Shown one piece after another: positions 19,446-30,287 of a stretch of 64,000 bases of DNA. Both the position numbers and the translations under genes were made by a program. The notes beneath the pieces are model-generated. The model was given only the letters and a program-made list of their open reading frames with translations, searched no databases and was not told where the DNA came from. The DNA comes from Deltaproteobacteria bacterium. GTDB lineage: Bacteria; Desulfobacterota_D; UBA1144; Nemesobacterales; JAJCZQ01. Within the stretch, counting starts at the first letter, position 1. Every line of letters starts with the position of its first letter. The DNA lies in the NCBI GenBank assembly GCA_029262335.1, contig JAJCZQ010000048.1, positions 3,844 to 67,843 of the forward strand. Direction: 5' to 3'.

Positions 19446-20246
19446 ATGAGCAATAACGGAAATTCACTTTTAAACTATCTTGAGAGCACCCCAATGGATC
19501 TAAGGGTCTCAAACCTTTACAAAAGCTTTCCGGATAAAGAGGTTCTTAAGGGGCTTGACCTTCATGTAGGCCCATCTGAGACACACGTAATACTTGGTAA
19601 GAGCGGTGTTGGAAAATCGTTGCTTTTAAAATGTATATGCGGCCTTGAGCCTTATAACAGCGGATCAGTTTTTTTGAATGGAGAGCAGGTTCTTTCAGAT
19701 AAAGATCTTGCAAAATACAAAATAGGCTTTGTATTTCAGTCATCTGCTCTTTTTAATTCTATGAGTGTAAGTGACAACGTGGGAATATATCTTCGTGAAC
19801 ACAGGCTTGTAAAGGATGAGGACCAATACCGAAGCCTTGTATCAGGAGCTCTTGAGCTTGTTGGACTCAGCGGTGTAGAAGAACAGTTTCCCTCTGAGCT
19901 AAGCGGCGGTATGAAAAGAAGAGTTGCAACAGCCAGGGTACTTGTCATGAGCCCCGATCTGATTCTGTTTGATGAACCTACAACAGGGCTTGACCCAATG
20001 ATGACGAAGACAATCGGTGAACTTATAGTCACATTAAAAGAAACTATTAATACAACTCAGGTTGTTGTTACACATGATATTGAGTTTGGTAAATATATCG
20101 CCGACAGGATTTCTATTATAAGTGAAGGTAAAATAATAGATGTAGGCGATCCAGGTAATCTTGAAAACAGCTGTAATGAAGTTGTAAAAAGTTTTATTTC
20201 TAAAAAATTTGATGAAAGAGAGGGAAAATATGAAGAACGAATATAG
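19446..20246 (+). CDS. mlaF: Mla/Ttg2-type ABC transporter ATP-binding protein
   Basis: Walker A GKSGVGKS, ABC signature LSGGMKRRVATAR, Walker B LILFDEPTTGLD. Confidence 0.85.
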   Translation: MSNNGNSLLNYLESTPMDLRVSNLYKSFPDKEVLKGLDLHVGPSETHVILGKSGVGKSLLLKCICGLEPYNSGSVFLNGEQVLSDKDLAKYKIGFVFQSSALFNSMSVSDNVGIYLREHRLVKDEDQYRSLVSGALELVGLSGVEEQFPSELSGGMKRRVATARVLVMSPDLILFDEPTTGLDPMMTKTIGELIVTLKETINTTQVVVTHDIEFGKYIADRISIISEGKIIDVGDPGNLENSCNEVVKSFISKKFDEREGKYEERI

Positions 20247-21120
20247 GGTAGGCCTGTTTTTTATGGTGGGCATAGTGGTCTTGGTATTTGTTATGGATTT
20301 CCTTGGGGACATTCCATTTTACTCAAACGATAAAACTGTTTTTACATATTTTGATTCACTTGGAGAGCTTAGAGAAGGAAACCCCGTAAAGATGGAAGGG
20401 CTTATTATTGGAAAGGTATCTTCTATATCACTTGAAGACCGGCAGCTTAAAGTGTCAATGGATGTGGAAAAAGACGCACCGATAAAAACAGATTCAATAG
20501 CATCTATTCAGATCGCAAGTCTCCTGGGTACGAGTTATGTGAATCTTACTTTCGGTTCTGCTGATACACCACTTAACAATGGTGATTTCCCTCTTGCAAG
20601 TATTGACCCTACTGATTTAAATAAAATTCTGACAAAACTTGATTCAGCCATTGGTTCACTTGATTCAGCGCTTGGAGCCTTTAGCGGGTTTGGCGATAAT
20701 GAAGATGGATTAAACAATATTGTTACAAATCTGGACACAGTGCTTGAAGACCTTGCAGAAGGCAAGGGTACGCTCGGTAAATTAATCAAAGACGATACTC
20801 TTTATAATGAAACGACTGTTGCAATGAAGAATATTAAAAATATTTCAGCAAAACTTAGTGATTCAAAAGGGACTTTCGGAAAATTAATTAACGACGATAC
20901 ACTTTATGTTGAAGCAACCGAAGCAGCTACAAACCTCAACGAGGTGCTTAAGAAAGTAAATGACGGGCAGGGGACTCTCGGTAAACTCGTAAATGATGAT
21001 ACTTTGTACTACGATACTAAGAATGCAGTTATAAAAGTTGAAAAAGGCGTTGATACACTTGAAGACCTTGCACCCCTGGGTACTCTCGGTGCAATTTTTG
21101 GTGTGCTGACTGTATTCTAA
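20230..21120 (+). CDS. mlaD: MCE-domain substrate-binding protein MlaD, with C-terminal GTLGKLxxDDTLY repeats
   Basis: The ORF is open from 20209; ATG at 20230 (MKNEYRVGLFFMVGIVVLV) gives an N-terminal TM anchor followed by an MCE domain (GNPVKMEGLIIGKVSSISLE...). There are three C-terminal repeats G[TQ]GT[LF]GKL[IV][KN]DDTLY. Confidence 0.8.
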   Translation: MKNEYRVGLFFMVGIVVLVFVMDFLGDIPFYSNDKTVFTYFDSLGELREGNPVKMEGLIIGKVSSISLEDRQLKVSMDVEKDAPIKTDSIASIQIASLLGTSYVNLTFGSADTPLNNGDFPLASIDPTDLNKILTKLDSAIGSLDSALGAFSGFGDNEDGLNNIVTNLDTVLEDLAEGKGTLGKLIKDDTLYNETTVAMKNIKNISAKLSDSKGTFGKLINDDTLYVEATEAATNLNEVLKKVNDGQGTLGKLVNDDTLYYDTKNAVIKVEKGVDTLEDLAPLGTLGAIFGVLTVF

Positions 21121-22065
21121 ATGCTGACAACTGAAGTTACACTTGCTGATATAGATTTTAATAACAGGGAGTATGAGTTATTTAGTTCCGAGCCCGGCTC
21201 AAACTTAGAGCAGTCTATCTCTTCTGTTGGCTTATTAAATCCTGTAAAACTGATAAAGAACACTAAAAATTATATTGTTTTAACGGGCTGGAAAAGATTA
21301 AATGTTTTAAAGAAATTGAATTATCCTTCAGTAGCCTCTCTGATTTATAAAGAGGATGAACTCTCACCTTTACAACTATTTACTTATATCTATATCGACA
21401 ATAAAGACAGGTTTACTGAATTAGAAAAAGCCGAACTTCTCTCTAAATTAATAAACTCAGACACATTAACTGAAGAAAAAATTAAAAGTGAATTTTTACC
21501 CATTCTTGGACTAAACCCTTCTTTAAATAATCTCAATAAATACAGATCTGTAGCACTTTTGGAAAAGGAGTTGAAAGAAGCATGTTTTAATGAACTTGTT
21601 ACATTTGAACAGCTGCATCTCCTTAGTGAAATAGATGATCCGAAATTCAGAACAGGGTTTTACAATCATTTCATTAAAAATAATAGATTCAATAACAATG
21701 AAACAAGGGACCTTTTAAAAGATGTGCAGGCAATTTGCATCAGAAGTTCACTGTCCATAGATAATTTGGCAAAACAAATACTAAAAGAAAAACAGGATAA
21801 AAATATAATACGGAAATTAGTAAAAGTGTTATGTTATCCAAGACTTACCGAAACCGAGCAGAAATATAATGACATAGTAAAGGAACTTAACCTTGGCACT
21901 TCATCAAGACTGGTAAACCATCCTTATTTTGAATTAAATGATCTTGAACTCAGAATTAAGTTTAATAATCAAAATGATTTAATATCTGAGCTGGAATCTT
22001 TAAAGAAATCTATTGATGAAGGTAAAATAGAAAAATTACTAAAACTGATAAAAGAAGGTATTTAG
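21121..22065 (+). CDS. ParB/Srx-fold N-terminal domain protein (non-canonical, no recognisable HTH); start is translationally coupled to mlaD
   Basis: 314 aa. Residues ~5-80 match the ParB N-terminal domain pattern (L.DIDFNNREYELF...LEQSISSVGLLNPVKLIK...YIVLTGWKRLNVLKKL...V.SLIY). The GERR arginine box is degenerate (GWKR). The TAA of mlaD overlaps ATG (TAAATG). Confidence 0.55.
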   Translation: MLTTEVTLADIDFNNREYELFSSEPGSNLEQSISSVGLLNPVKLIKNTKNYIVLTGWKRLNVLKKLNYPSVASLIYKEDELSPLQLFTYIYIDNKDRFTELEKAELLSKLINSDTLTEEKIKSEFLPILGLNPSLNNLNKYRSVALLEKELKEACFNELVTFEQLHLLSEIDDPKFRTGFYNHFIKNNRFNNNETRDLLKDVQAICIRSSLSIDNLAKQILKEKQDKNIIRKLVKVLCYPRLTETEQKYNDIVKELNLGTSSRLVNHPYFELNDLELRIKFNNQNDLISELESLKKSIDEGKIEKLLKLIKEGI

Positions 22066-22069
22066 CTCT

Positions 22070-22513
22070 ATGCGGGCATTAATCCAGAGAGTAAATGGTG
22101 CCGGGGCGGAAGTGGAAGGCAGGTTAGTTGGTGAGATAAAAGGGAAGGGCCTCTTAATTCTGCTTGGTGTTTCAAAAGAAGATACAGAACAGGATATTGA
22201 CTATCTTGTAAGAAAAATTCTTAATTTAAGAATTTTTAATGATGAAAATGATAAAATGAACCTTAGTATCCAGGACATTAAAGGTGAGTTGCTTGTAATA
22301 TCGCAGTTTACACTTTATGCGGACTGCAGGAAGGGCAACCGTCCATCCTATGATAAGGCCGCAGGTCCTGAACCTGCAAAAGAACTCTACGAGTTGTTTC
22401 TATCGAAAATTAAGAAGTCCGGATTAAAAGTAGAAAAAGGTGTCTTCGGGGCTAATATGCAGGTTAATCTTACAAACTCAGGCCCTGTTACTTTAATGCT
22501 TGAGAGTAAATAA
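22070..22513 (+). CDS. dtd: D-aminoacyl-tRNA deacylase
   Basis: 147 aa. MRALIQRV...LVISQFTLYADCRKGNRPSY...SGPVT is the canonical DTD sequence, including the SQFTL and GP motifs. Confidence 0.9.
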   Translation: MRALIQRVNGAGAEVEGRLVGEIKGKGLLILLGVSKEDTEQDIDYLVRKILNLRIFNDENDKMNLSIQDIKGELLVISQFTLYADCRKGNRPSYDKAAGPEPAKELYELFLSKIKKSGLKVEKGVFGANMQVNLTNSGPVTLMLESK

Positions 22514-22587
22514 TTTTGTTATTTTTTAATTTGATGAGAATCCATATAATTCATTGAATTAAGCCTAATAGATATTATATTAAACAA

Positions 22588-23040
22588 ATGAAAGTAGTTG
22601 CAAAGCATCCTACTGTCCGAAGGGACTATTTAATAGAGGAAGTTTTTGAAGCAGGTATTGTCCTCAAAGGCTCTGAAGTTAAATCCCTAAGGGCAAGTAA
22701 TGTGAGTATAAAAGAGAGTTTCGCGATGTTAAGAGACGGTGAGGTCTTTTTGATGAACAGTTATATTGCGCCGTATCTACAGGCAAATGTACACAATCAC
22801 GATACCACAAGGGAAAGGAAACTACTTTTAAATAGAAGAGAAATAAATAAATTAATAGGTAAGACCCATCAGAAGGGATACACGTTGATTCCTACAAGGC
22901 TGTACTTTAAAAACGGAATGGCTAAGCTTGAACTGGGCCTGGCAAAAGGTAAAAAAACGCAGGACAAAAGAGACGATATAAAACGTAAAGAAGCAAAAAG
23001 AGAAATGGACAAGGCAATAAAACGAAATTCAAGGTATTAA
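22588..23040 (+). CDS. smpB: SsrA-binding protein
   Basis: 150 aa. ...AGIVLKGSEVKSLR...LLLNRREINKL... with a basic C-terminal tail. Located directly upstream of the tmRNA. Confidence 0.9.
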   Translation: MKVVAKHPTVRRDYLIEEVFEAGIVLKGSEVKSLRASNVSIKESFAMLRDGEVFLMNSYIAPYLQANVHNHDTTRERKLLLNRREINKLIGKTHQKGYTLIPTRLYFKNGMAKLELGLAKGKKTQDKRDDIKRKEAKREMDKAIKRNSRY

Positions 23041-23053
23041 AAACTAAACAAAA

Positions 23054-23406
23054 GGGGGCGTACTGGCTTCGACGGGAAATGAGATAGCTTATGCTGCATG
23101 TCGAGCTTATTAACTCGTAAAACTGATTAACGCACAATAAGTGCCGAACCAATTAACGCACTCGCAGCCTAAATAGAGCTGTGACGACTGATGAGACTCT
23201 GTCTGTAGGTTTTATTAAGTCGCAATAAATACGGACTGGCCATGAAGTTTTTCCAGGTTGGCGGATTGGCGAGATTTTAGACCAGGATAGCAGTGCATGA
23301 CCCGCCTGTAGGTATTTGCACTGTGAAACTTAAAAGCAGGATAAACATGTAGAGGCTGAGTAAGGCTCTTTCGCGGACCTGGGTTCGATTCCCAGCGCCT
23401 CCACCA
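23054..23406 (+). ncRNA. ssrA: Transfer-messenger RNA (tmRNA, SsrA)
   Basis: The 5' GGGGGCGUACUGGCUUCGACGGG... and 3' ...GGACCUGGGUUCGAUUCCCAGCGCCUCCACCA ends form the tRNA-like acceptor/T-arm with CCA. The internal tag reading frame ends ...GCC GAA CCA AUU AAC GCA CUC GCA GCC UAA (AEPINALAA-stop) at 23143-23172. It lies immediately after smpB. Confidence 0.9.
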
Positions 23407-23421
23407 TTCCTATAATTAACT

Positions 23422-24138
23422 ATGAGAACTGATAAAAGAAATCCCGATGATCTTAGGGATGTAAAAATAGAGATTGATACAAACCTTTACGCCGAAGGAT
23501 CAACCATTATACATATGGGAGAGACCAAAGTATTGTGTACCGCAACGGTAGAAGATTCAGTACCTCCATTTCTTAGAGATACGGGGACCGGCTGGGTTAC
23601 GGCCGAATACTCAATGCTTCCAAGATCTACAAAGGAAAGAATGAGAAGGGACAGCGTAAGGGGTAAAATCGGCGGCAGGTCGCATGAAATACAAAGACTT
23701 ATTGGCAGAGTGCTCAGGTCTGTGGTTGATTTTAATTTACTTGGAGAGAAATCAATAGTTATTGACTGCGATGTTCTGCAGGCAGACGGGGGAACAAGGA
23801 CAGCTTCTATTACAGGGGCCTTTGTAGCTCTAAAACTTGCTGTTAATAAGCTTATAGAAGAAGGTCTTGTTGAAAAGGATCCTTTGCTTGATTATGTAGC
23901 TGCCGTGAGCGTTGGTGTTGTCAAAGGGGAACTTTTACTCGATCTAAACTATGAAGAAGATTCAAGTGCTGATGTGGATATGAATATAGCCATGACAGGT
24001 GCCGGCAAATTTGTAGAAATACAGGGTACTGCTGAAGAAAACCCATTTGATAAGAATGAACTCCAGGGACTTCTTGGTATTGCCGAGAAGGGAATTGGGG
24101 AATTAATTACAGCACAGGCTGAAATATTCAATAAATAG
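23422..24138 (+). CDS. rph: Ribonuclease PH
   Basis: 238 aa. ...[27 protein letters not shown]...[21 protein letters not shown]... is canonical RNase PH. Confidence 0.9.
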   Translation: MRTDKRNPDDLRDVKIEIDTNLYAEGSTIIHMGETKVLCTATVEDSVPPFLRDTGTGWVTAEYSMLPRSTKERMRRDSVRGKIGGRSHEIQRLIGRVLRSVVDFNLLGEKSIVIDCDVLQADGGTRTASITGAFVALKLAVNKLIEEGLVEKDPLLDYVAAVSVGVVKGELLLDLNYEEDSSADVDMNIAMTGAGKFVEIQGTAEENPFDKNELQGLLGIAEKGIGELITAQAEIFNK

Positions 24139-24142
24139 AGTT

Positions 24143-24736
24143 ATGGATTTTAAAAATATTATAATTGCAACCAAAAACCGTGGAAAAGTAGACGAGTTTA
24201 AGCTGCTTTTCAAGGACTATTTTGACAATATATATTCTTTACTCGATTTTGATTCAACTCCTGAAATCGTTGAAGATCAGCCCACATTTGCAGGAAATGC
24301 CTTAAAGAAGGCAGAAATCATTGGTAATTACTTCGATAAGATCACTCTTTCAGATGACTCAGGGCTTGTAGTAGATGCTTTAAACGGCGAGCCCGGGACA
24401 TATTCAGCCCGGTATGCAGGTGAAAATGCCACAGATGCAGACAACCTGAATAAACTTTTGAGTGAAATGAAGTCTGTATCTAACAGGAAAGCAAGGTTTG
24501 TATGTGCCCTTGCTTTAGTATTTCCCGATGGGAAAAAAGAAGTGTTTGAAGGTGAATGCGAGGGTTTAATAACAGAAATTAAAAGAGGGGCTAACGGTTT
24601 TGGTTATGATCCGGTATTCTATATATCCCAATATGAAAAAACCATGGCTGAACTTGATCCGAAAACAAAAAATATGATCAGCCACAGGTCAAATGCTGTA
24701 AAGAAACTGATTAATTTTCTAAAAGTTACTAAATAA
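24143..24736 (+). CDS. rdgB: Non-canonical purine NTP pyrophosphatase (RdgB/HAM1 family)
   Basis: 197 aa. IIIATKNRGKVDEF...EPGTYSARYAG...ISHRSNA is the Ham1 signature. Confidence 0.85.
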   Translation: MDFKNIIIATKNRGKVDEFKLLFKDYFDNIYSLLDFDSTPEIVEDQPTFAGNALKKAEIIGNYFDKITLSDDSGLVVDALNGEPGTYSARYAGENATDADNLNKLLSEMKSVSNRKARFVCALALVFPDGKKEVFEGECEGLITEIKRGANGFGYDPVFYISQYEKTMAELDPKTKNMISHRSNAVKKLINFLKVTK

Positions 24737-24794
24737 TCAGTATTCCTATTGCAAGAACTTACATATTAAATATATTAGTAAAAGTAAATCTTAA

Positions 24795-26423
<1,629 letters not shown>

Positions 26424-26430
26424 TATCAAT

Positions 26431-28461
26431 ATGACTATTAGCTTCGGTATTGGCGAACTAATTGTATTTAAAAAAAATGAGAAACCCGTACTCGGAATCA
26501 TTTCGTCCGGAACTGATGATTCTTTAATTATTGTTACCGAAGACGGGAAGGAAAAAGAATTAAATTCTGATGAAGTAGATTTAACTACTGGTTTAATAGT
26601 CGATATTAATAACGACAGTGATCAAAGAATTCATACGCTTAGACAGTATCGAAAAGAACTTAACCAGGCCCGCGAATCAGTTGATCTTGAATCACTTTGG
26701 GATTCAGTCGCAGGTTCTGTAGAAAAACTTCCCTACAAAGATATCCTGGACATATATTCAGGGGATAAAACTATAGCTGATGATGAAGCACTAAAGTTTT
26801 ACTGGGCACTAAACAAGACAGATATATATTTTAATACTGAAGATGGTTTCTATTTTCCTGCTGCAGAATCAGAAGTGAAATCAAAACTTCTTCAAAAAGA
26901 GCAGGATCAGAAAAAAATTGCAGAAACGTCCCTTGCCGTCCAGTGGGCGATGAATTTTATAGATCCTGAAAATAAATACGAAGTTAATAATGATTTTGAT
27001 ATTAAGTATTTCATCCAGCTTATAAGGGATTATATTGTTAACAAATCCAGCCAGGACAGAAGAAGGGAAGCAAAGGCTTTCTTAAATCAGCTTGGTATTA
27101 ACCGCCCTGATGATGCTACTAAATTTCTTATTAAAATAGGTGAATGTTCACCTGATGCTGATCCGGACCTTATAAGGCTTGAATCATTTAACTACCTTTC
27201 AAAAAAATCTGAAAATGAAGTACAGGAAGTTTTAACCAAGGTATTTGATCCGGATAATTTCACAGACCTGAGAGGGAAGGAAATTATTACAATAGATGAT
27301 TCAGATACTGAGGATATTGATGATGCCATATCACTTGAAAAAAGTGAAAACAATCTGGAGTTGGGGATTCATATATCAAATGTATCATATTTTATTGATA
27401 AAGGTTCGAGTCTTGATCAGGATGCCTTAAGGAAAGGAGATACTGTCTATATACCGGATACTCGTATAGATATTTTTCCTGATGTTCTTATCAAAAAGAA
27501 ATTCAGCCTCTTTGAAGGAAAGGATAAATTAGCTCTCAGCCTGTTAATTACCCTGGATAAAAAAACCTATGACATTAAAGAATATAAATTTGTACAGTCG
27601 GTAATAAATATTTCAAAGAACTATTCCTATATTGAAGCTCAGACAACACTGTTAAAGGAAAAGAAGGGTAAAGAACTTGTGAACATTGCTCTTACATTAA
27701 GACAGAAAAGAATACAAAAAGGCGCATTTCTATTACAGCTTCCCGAACTTAAATTTGATATTGATGAAGATGGCGGGGTAGAAAAAAGAATTAACAGAAT
27801 GAACTCAATTCCGCATATGATAATTGCGGAGCTTATGATACTTACTAATAACCTGACAGCTAAATACCTCAATGAAAATAATCTGCCCTCGATATTCAGG
27901 GTACAAAAAGATGAAGTACCCCAGGAAGCCAGGGACTATGATATTAATGATCCTTTGTTCTCAATACGGGTTGTAAAACACTTAAGGCCATCTGTTATCA
28001 GCACAAATCCGGGAAGGCATAAATCACTTGGCCTTGATGGTTATGTTCAGTCCACTTCTCCAATACGAAGGTACTCAGATCTTGTGGTACAAAGGCAGCT
28101 TATAGGAATTCTTACCGGAAATGAATGGGTTTATGACGGCAAAGAACTATCTGATATAATAACAAGGATTGGAAATGGTTTTGGAGAAAGAAGACTGCTT
28201 CAAAAGAACAGGAAAAAATACTGGCTTTACAAATATTTTAAAGAGAATGTTAAGGAAGAGATAATAGGCATTGTAAGCGGTGTTAATGATCCAAATGTTT
28301 ATGTTTACCTGCCTGATTATTTTATTGAATTGCCAATTAAGAACTATTCGGGTCCACAGGTGAACGAATATGACGAAGTTTTGCTCAATGTAGATGAAGC
28401 TGACCCATTGAGAAAAAAACTTAAACTAAAAATAGTTTCAGTAAACCATCCGGGTAATTAA
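26431..28461 (+). CDS. RNB-domain 3'-5' exoribonuclease (RNase II/R family)
   Basis: 676 aa. RNB catalytic region (ITIDDSDTEDIDDAISLE...; ...STSPIRRYSDLVVQRQL). The N-terminal region is unlike classical cold-shock domains. Confidence 0.75.
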   Translation: MTISFGIGELIVFKKNEKPVLGIISSGTDDSLIIVTEDGKEKELNSDEVDLTTGLIVDINNDSDQRIHTLRQYRKELNQARESVDLESLWDSVAGSVEKLPYKDILDIYSGDKTIADDEALKFYWALNKTDIYFNTEDGFYFPAAESEVKSKLLQKEQDQKKIAETSLAVQWAMNFIDPENKYEVNNDFDIKYFIQLIRDYIVNKSSQDRRREAKAFLNQLGINRPDDATKFLIKIGECSPDADPDLIRLESFNYLSKKSENEVQEVLTKVFDPDNFTDLRGKEIITIDDSDTEDIDDAISLEKSENNLELGIHISNVSYFIDKGSSLDQDALRKGDTVYIPDTRIDIFPDVLIKKKFSLFEGKDKLALSLLITLDKKTYDIKEYKFVQSVINISKNYSYIEAQTTLLKEKKGKELVNIALTLRQKRIQKGAFLLQLPELKFDIDEDGGVEKRINRMNSIPHMIIAELMILTNNLTAKYLNENNLPSIFRVQKDEVPQEARDYDINDPLFSIRVVKHLRPSVISTNPGRHKSLGLDGYVQSTSPIRRYSDLVVQRQLIGILTGNEWVYDGKELSDIITRIGNGFGERRLLQKNRKKYWLYKYFKENVKEEIIGIVSGVNDPNVYVYLPDYFIELPIKNYSGPQVNEYDEVLLNVDEADPLRKKLKLKIVSVNHPGN

Positions 28462-28530
28462 TTAACCCGGTACATTAATATCTTGAAATATAGTTAATAT
28501 GTATTAGTTATATATCAATCGGAGGCAGAA

Positions 28531-29415
28531 ATGAAAAAAGTAAACAATCCATTGTCAGGTTTTAGTTTTAAATACCCACTAATTATTGTTATTGTAATTT
28601 TTCTTGTAACAAGTGCTTTTGTTATAGTTGAAAGCGGGCATGTAGGTGTTATCCGTACACTCGGTGCAGTACAGCCGATAGCATTGCCAGAAGGTATACA
28701 TTTTAAAAAACCTTTTATAGATAAAATAGAACAGATGGACATAAGGCTTACTAAAGCAAATGCCAAGTCCCAGGCAGCTTCAAAAGATTTACAGACTGTA
28801 TCAACACAGGTTACTGTCCAGTATTCACTAGTTGGTGAGGTTGCTCCGCTAACTTATCAAAGAATTGGAGACAGGGACGTTGTCTCAGCCACTCTAATTG
28901 AGCCAGCTATTCAGGAATCTGTTAAGGCAATTACTGCCCAGTACACAGCCGAGCAACTTGTTACCCAAAGAGCAGAAGTAAAACTCCAGATACAGCAGGC
29001 AATTAATAACTTTATTGATATAACCCTAAAGGAAAAAGGAGTTAACAATTCACTCAGGATTGCAAACGTTGCAATTACCGACTTTGATTTTTCAGAGGAG
29101 TTTAACCGTGCGATTGAACTCAAGGTAAAAGCTGAGCAGGAAGCACTCCAGGCACTAAATGAAAAAACCAGAAGGGTAACACAGGCAGAGGCAGCTGCAG
29201 CAGAAAAAGAACTTGCGGCTGATGCAACTGCTTATGAAATAGAAGCAGCTTCAAAGGCAAGGGCTGACGCTATTGAAAGAGAGGCCCGTGCTCTTAAGAA
29301 CAATCCACAGCTTATCCAGCTAAGGATTGCTGAAAAATGGGACGGTAAACTGCCAAAATTCTCAGGTTCTGAAACTGTGCCTCTAATTAATCTTGATACA
29401 ATATTAAAAGATTGA
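28531..29415 (+). CDS. SPFH/band-7 (prohibitin/HflK-C-like) membrane protein
   Basis: N-terminal TM anchor, an SPFH core, and a C-terminal Ala/Glu-rich coiled coil (QAEAAAAEKELAADATAYEIEAASKARADAIEREARALKN). Confidence 0.75.
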   Translation: MKKVNNPLSGFSFKYPLIIVIVIFLVTSAFVIVESGHVGVIRTLGAVQPIALPEGIHFKKPFIDKIEQMDIRLTKANAKSQAASKDLQTVSTQVTVQYSLVGEVAPLTYQRIGDRDVVSATLIEPAIQESVKAITAQYTAEQLVTQRAEVKLQIQQAINNFIDITLKEKGVNNSLRIANVAITDFDFSEEFNRAIELKVKAEQEALQALNEKTRRVTQAEAAAAEKELAADATAYEIEAASKARADAIEREARALKNNPQLIQLRIAEKWDGKLPKFSGSETVPLINLDTILKD

Positions 29416-30287
29416 AATTCGGGATAACTCTTCCCAATTACGGGAAATTTGCTGAAAGGGAATCAATACTGGAAATCAGCATTGCTGCTGAAGAGCTGGG
29501 ATTTGATTCTCTTTGGGCAAGTGACCATATAGTATTACCAACAGATCATAAAGGTTTTGGAAATGTTTTTTATGAACCTCTTCTTACACTTTCTTATATT
29601 GCCCAAAAAACAAAAACAATAAAACTTGGTACCAGTGTAATAGTCCTTCCTTACAGGAACCCGGTTGTCTTTGCCAAATCAATATCCACTCTTGATGTAT
29701 TGTCAGGAGGAAGAGTAATTCTTGGTATAGGCTCAGGCTGGCTTAAGGAAGAATTCAAAGCTCTAGGGGTTAACTATGAAGAGCGTGGCAGAATAACGGA
29801 TGAATACCTGGAAATAATGAAGGAGCTGTATACTAGTGAATCTCCATCATTTTCAGGTAATTATTTTAATTTCAAAGATATAATTTTTGATCCTAAACCA
29901 TTTCAAAAACCTTTTCCTCCTGTTTGGATTGGAGGAAGCAGCCGGAATTCCTTAATAAGAGCCGTTAAGTACGGAAGCGGCTGGCATGCAGTAGGGTCTA
30001 CTCCTAAAGAAATAAAAGCAGGAAAAGAATTCTTAAACACACAATTTGAAGAATGTAATATAAATTCAGATGGTTTTATTATATCGGTCCGAAAGAATTT
30101 ACAGATTACAGACCGAAAAATTAAAGATGAAACAGAACTGCTTAGAGGCGATCTTGATAAGATATCAGCAGGATTTGATCAATATAGGGAGGAAGGTGTA
30201 AATTACCTGGTACTTCAGATTCTAAGTTCAGATTTTAAAGGTGTATTAAACACTATGAAATCAGTAAGTCAGCTATACATCAACTAA
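29412..30287 (+). CDS. LLM-class (luciferase-like) F420/flavin-dependent oxidoreductase
   Basis: 291 aa. TTG start overlaps the stop of the upstream gene. MKFGITLPNYGKF...LGFDSLWASDHI...GGRVILGIGSGW is typical of the LLM family. Confidence 0.65.
   Translation: MKFGITLPNYGKFAERESILEISIAAEELGFDSLWASDHIVLPTDHKGFGNVFYEPLLTLSYIAQKTKTIKLGTSVIVLPYRNPVVFAKSISTLDVLSGGRVILGIGSGWLKEEFKALGVNYEERGRITDEYLEIMKELYTSESPSFSGNYFNFKDIIFDPKPFQKPFPPVWIGGSSRNSLIRAVKYGSGWHAVGSTPKEIKAGKEFLNTQFEECNINSDGFIISVRKNLQITDRKIKDETELLRGDLDKISAGFDQYREEGVNYLVLQILSSDFKGVLNTMKSVSQLYIN

Noticed and set aside
19736-20032. 98-aa ORF antisense to mlaF, plus several other 60-110 aa antisense or overlapping ORFs in the track (4220-4408, 7372-7632, 8730-8969, 9445-9780, 25560-25763, 37120-37701, 44641-45048)
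   Set aside because: All are embedded within longer ORFs that have clear family-level homology on the other strand or frame. No RBS or motifs. Typical chance ORFs in AT-rich sequence.
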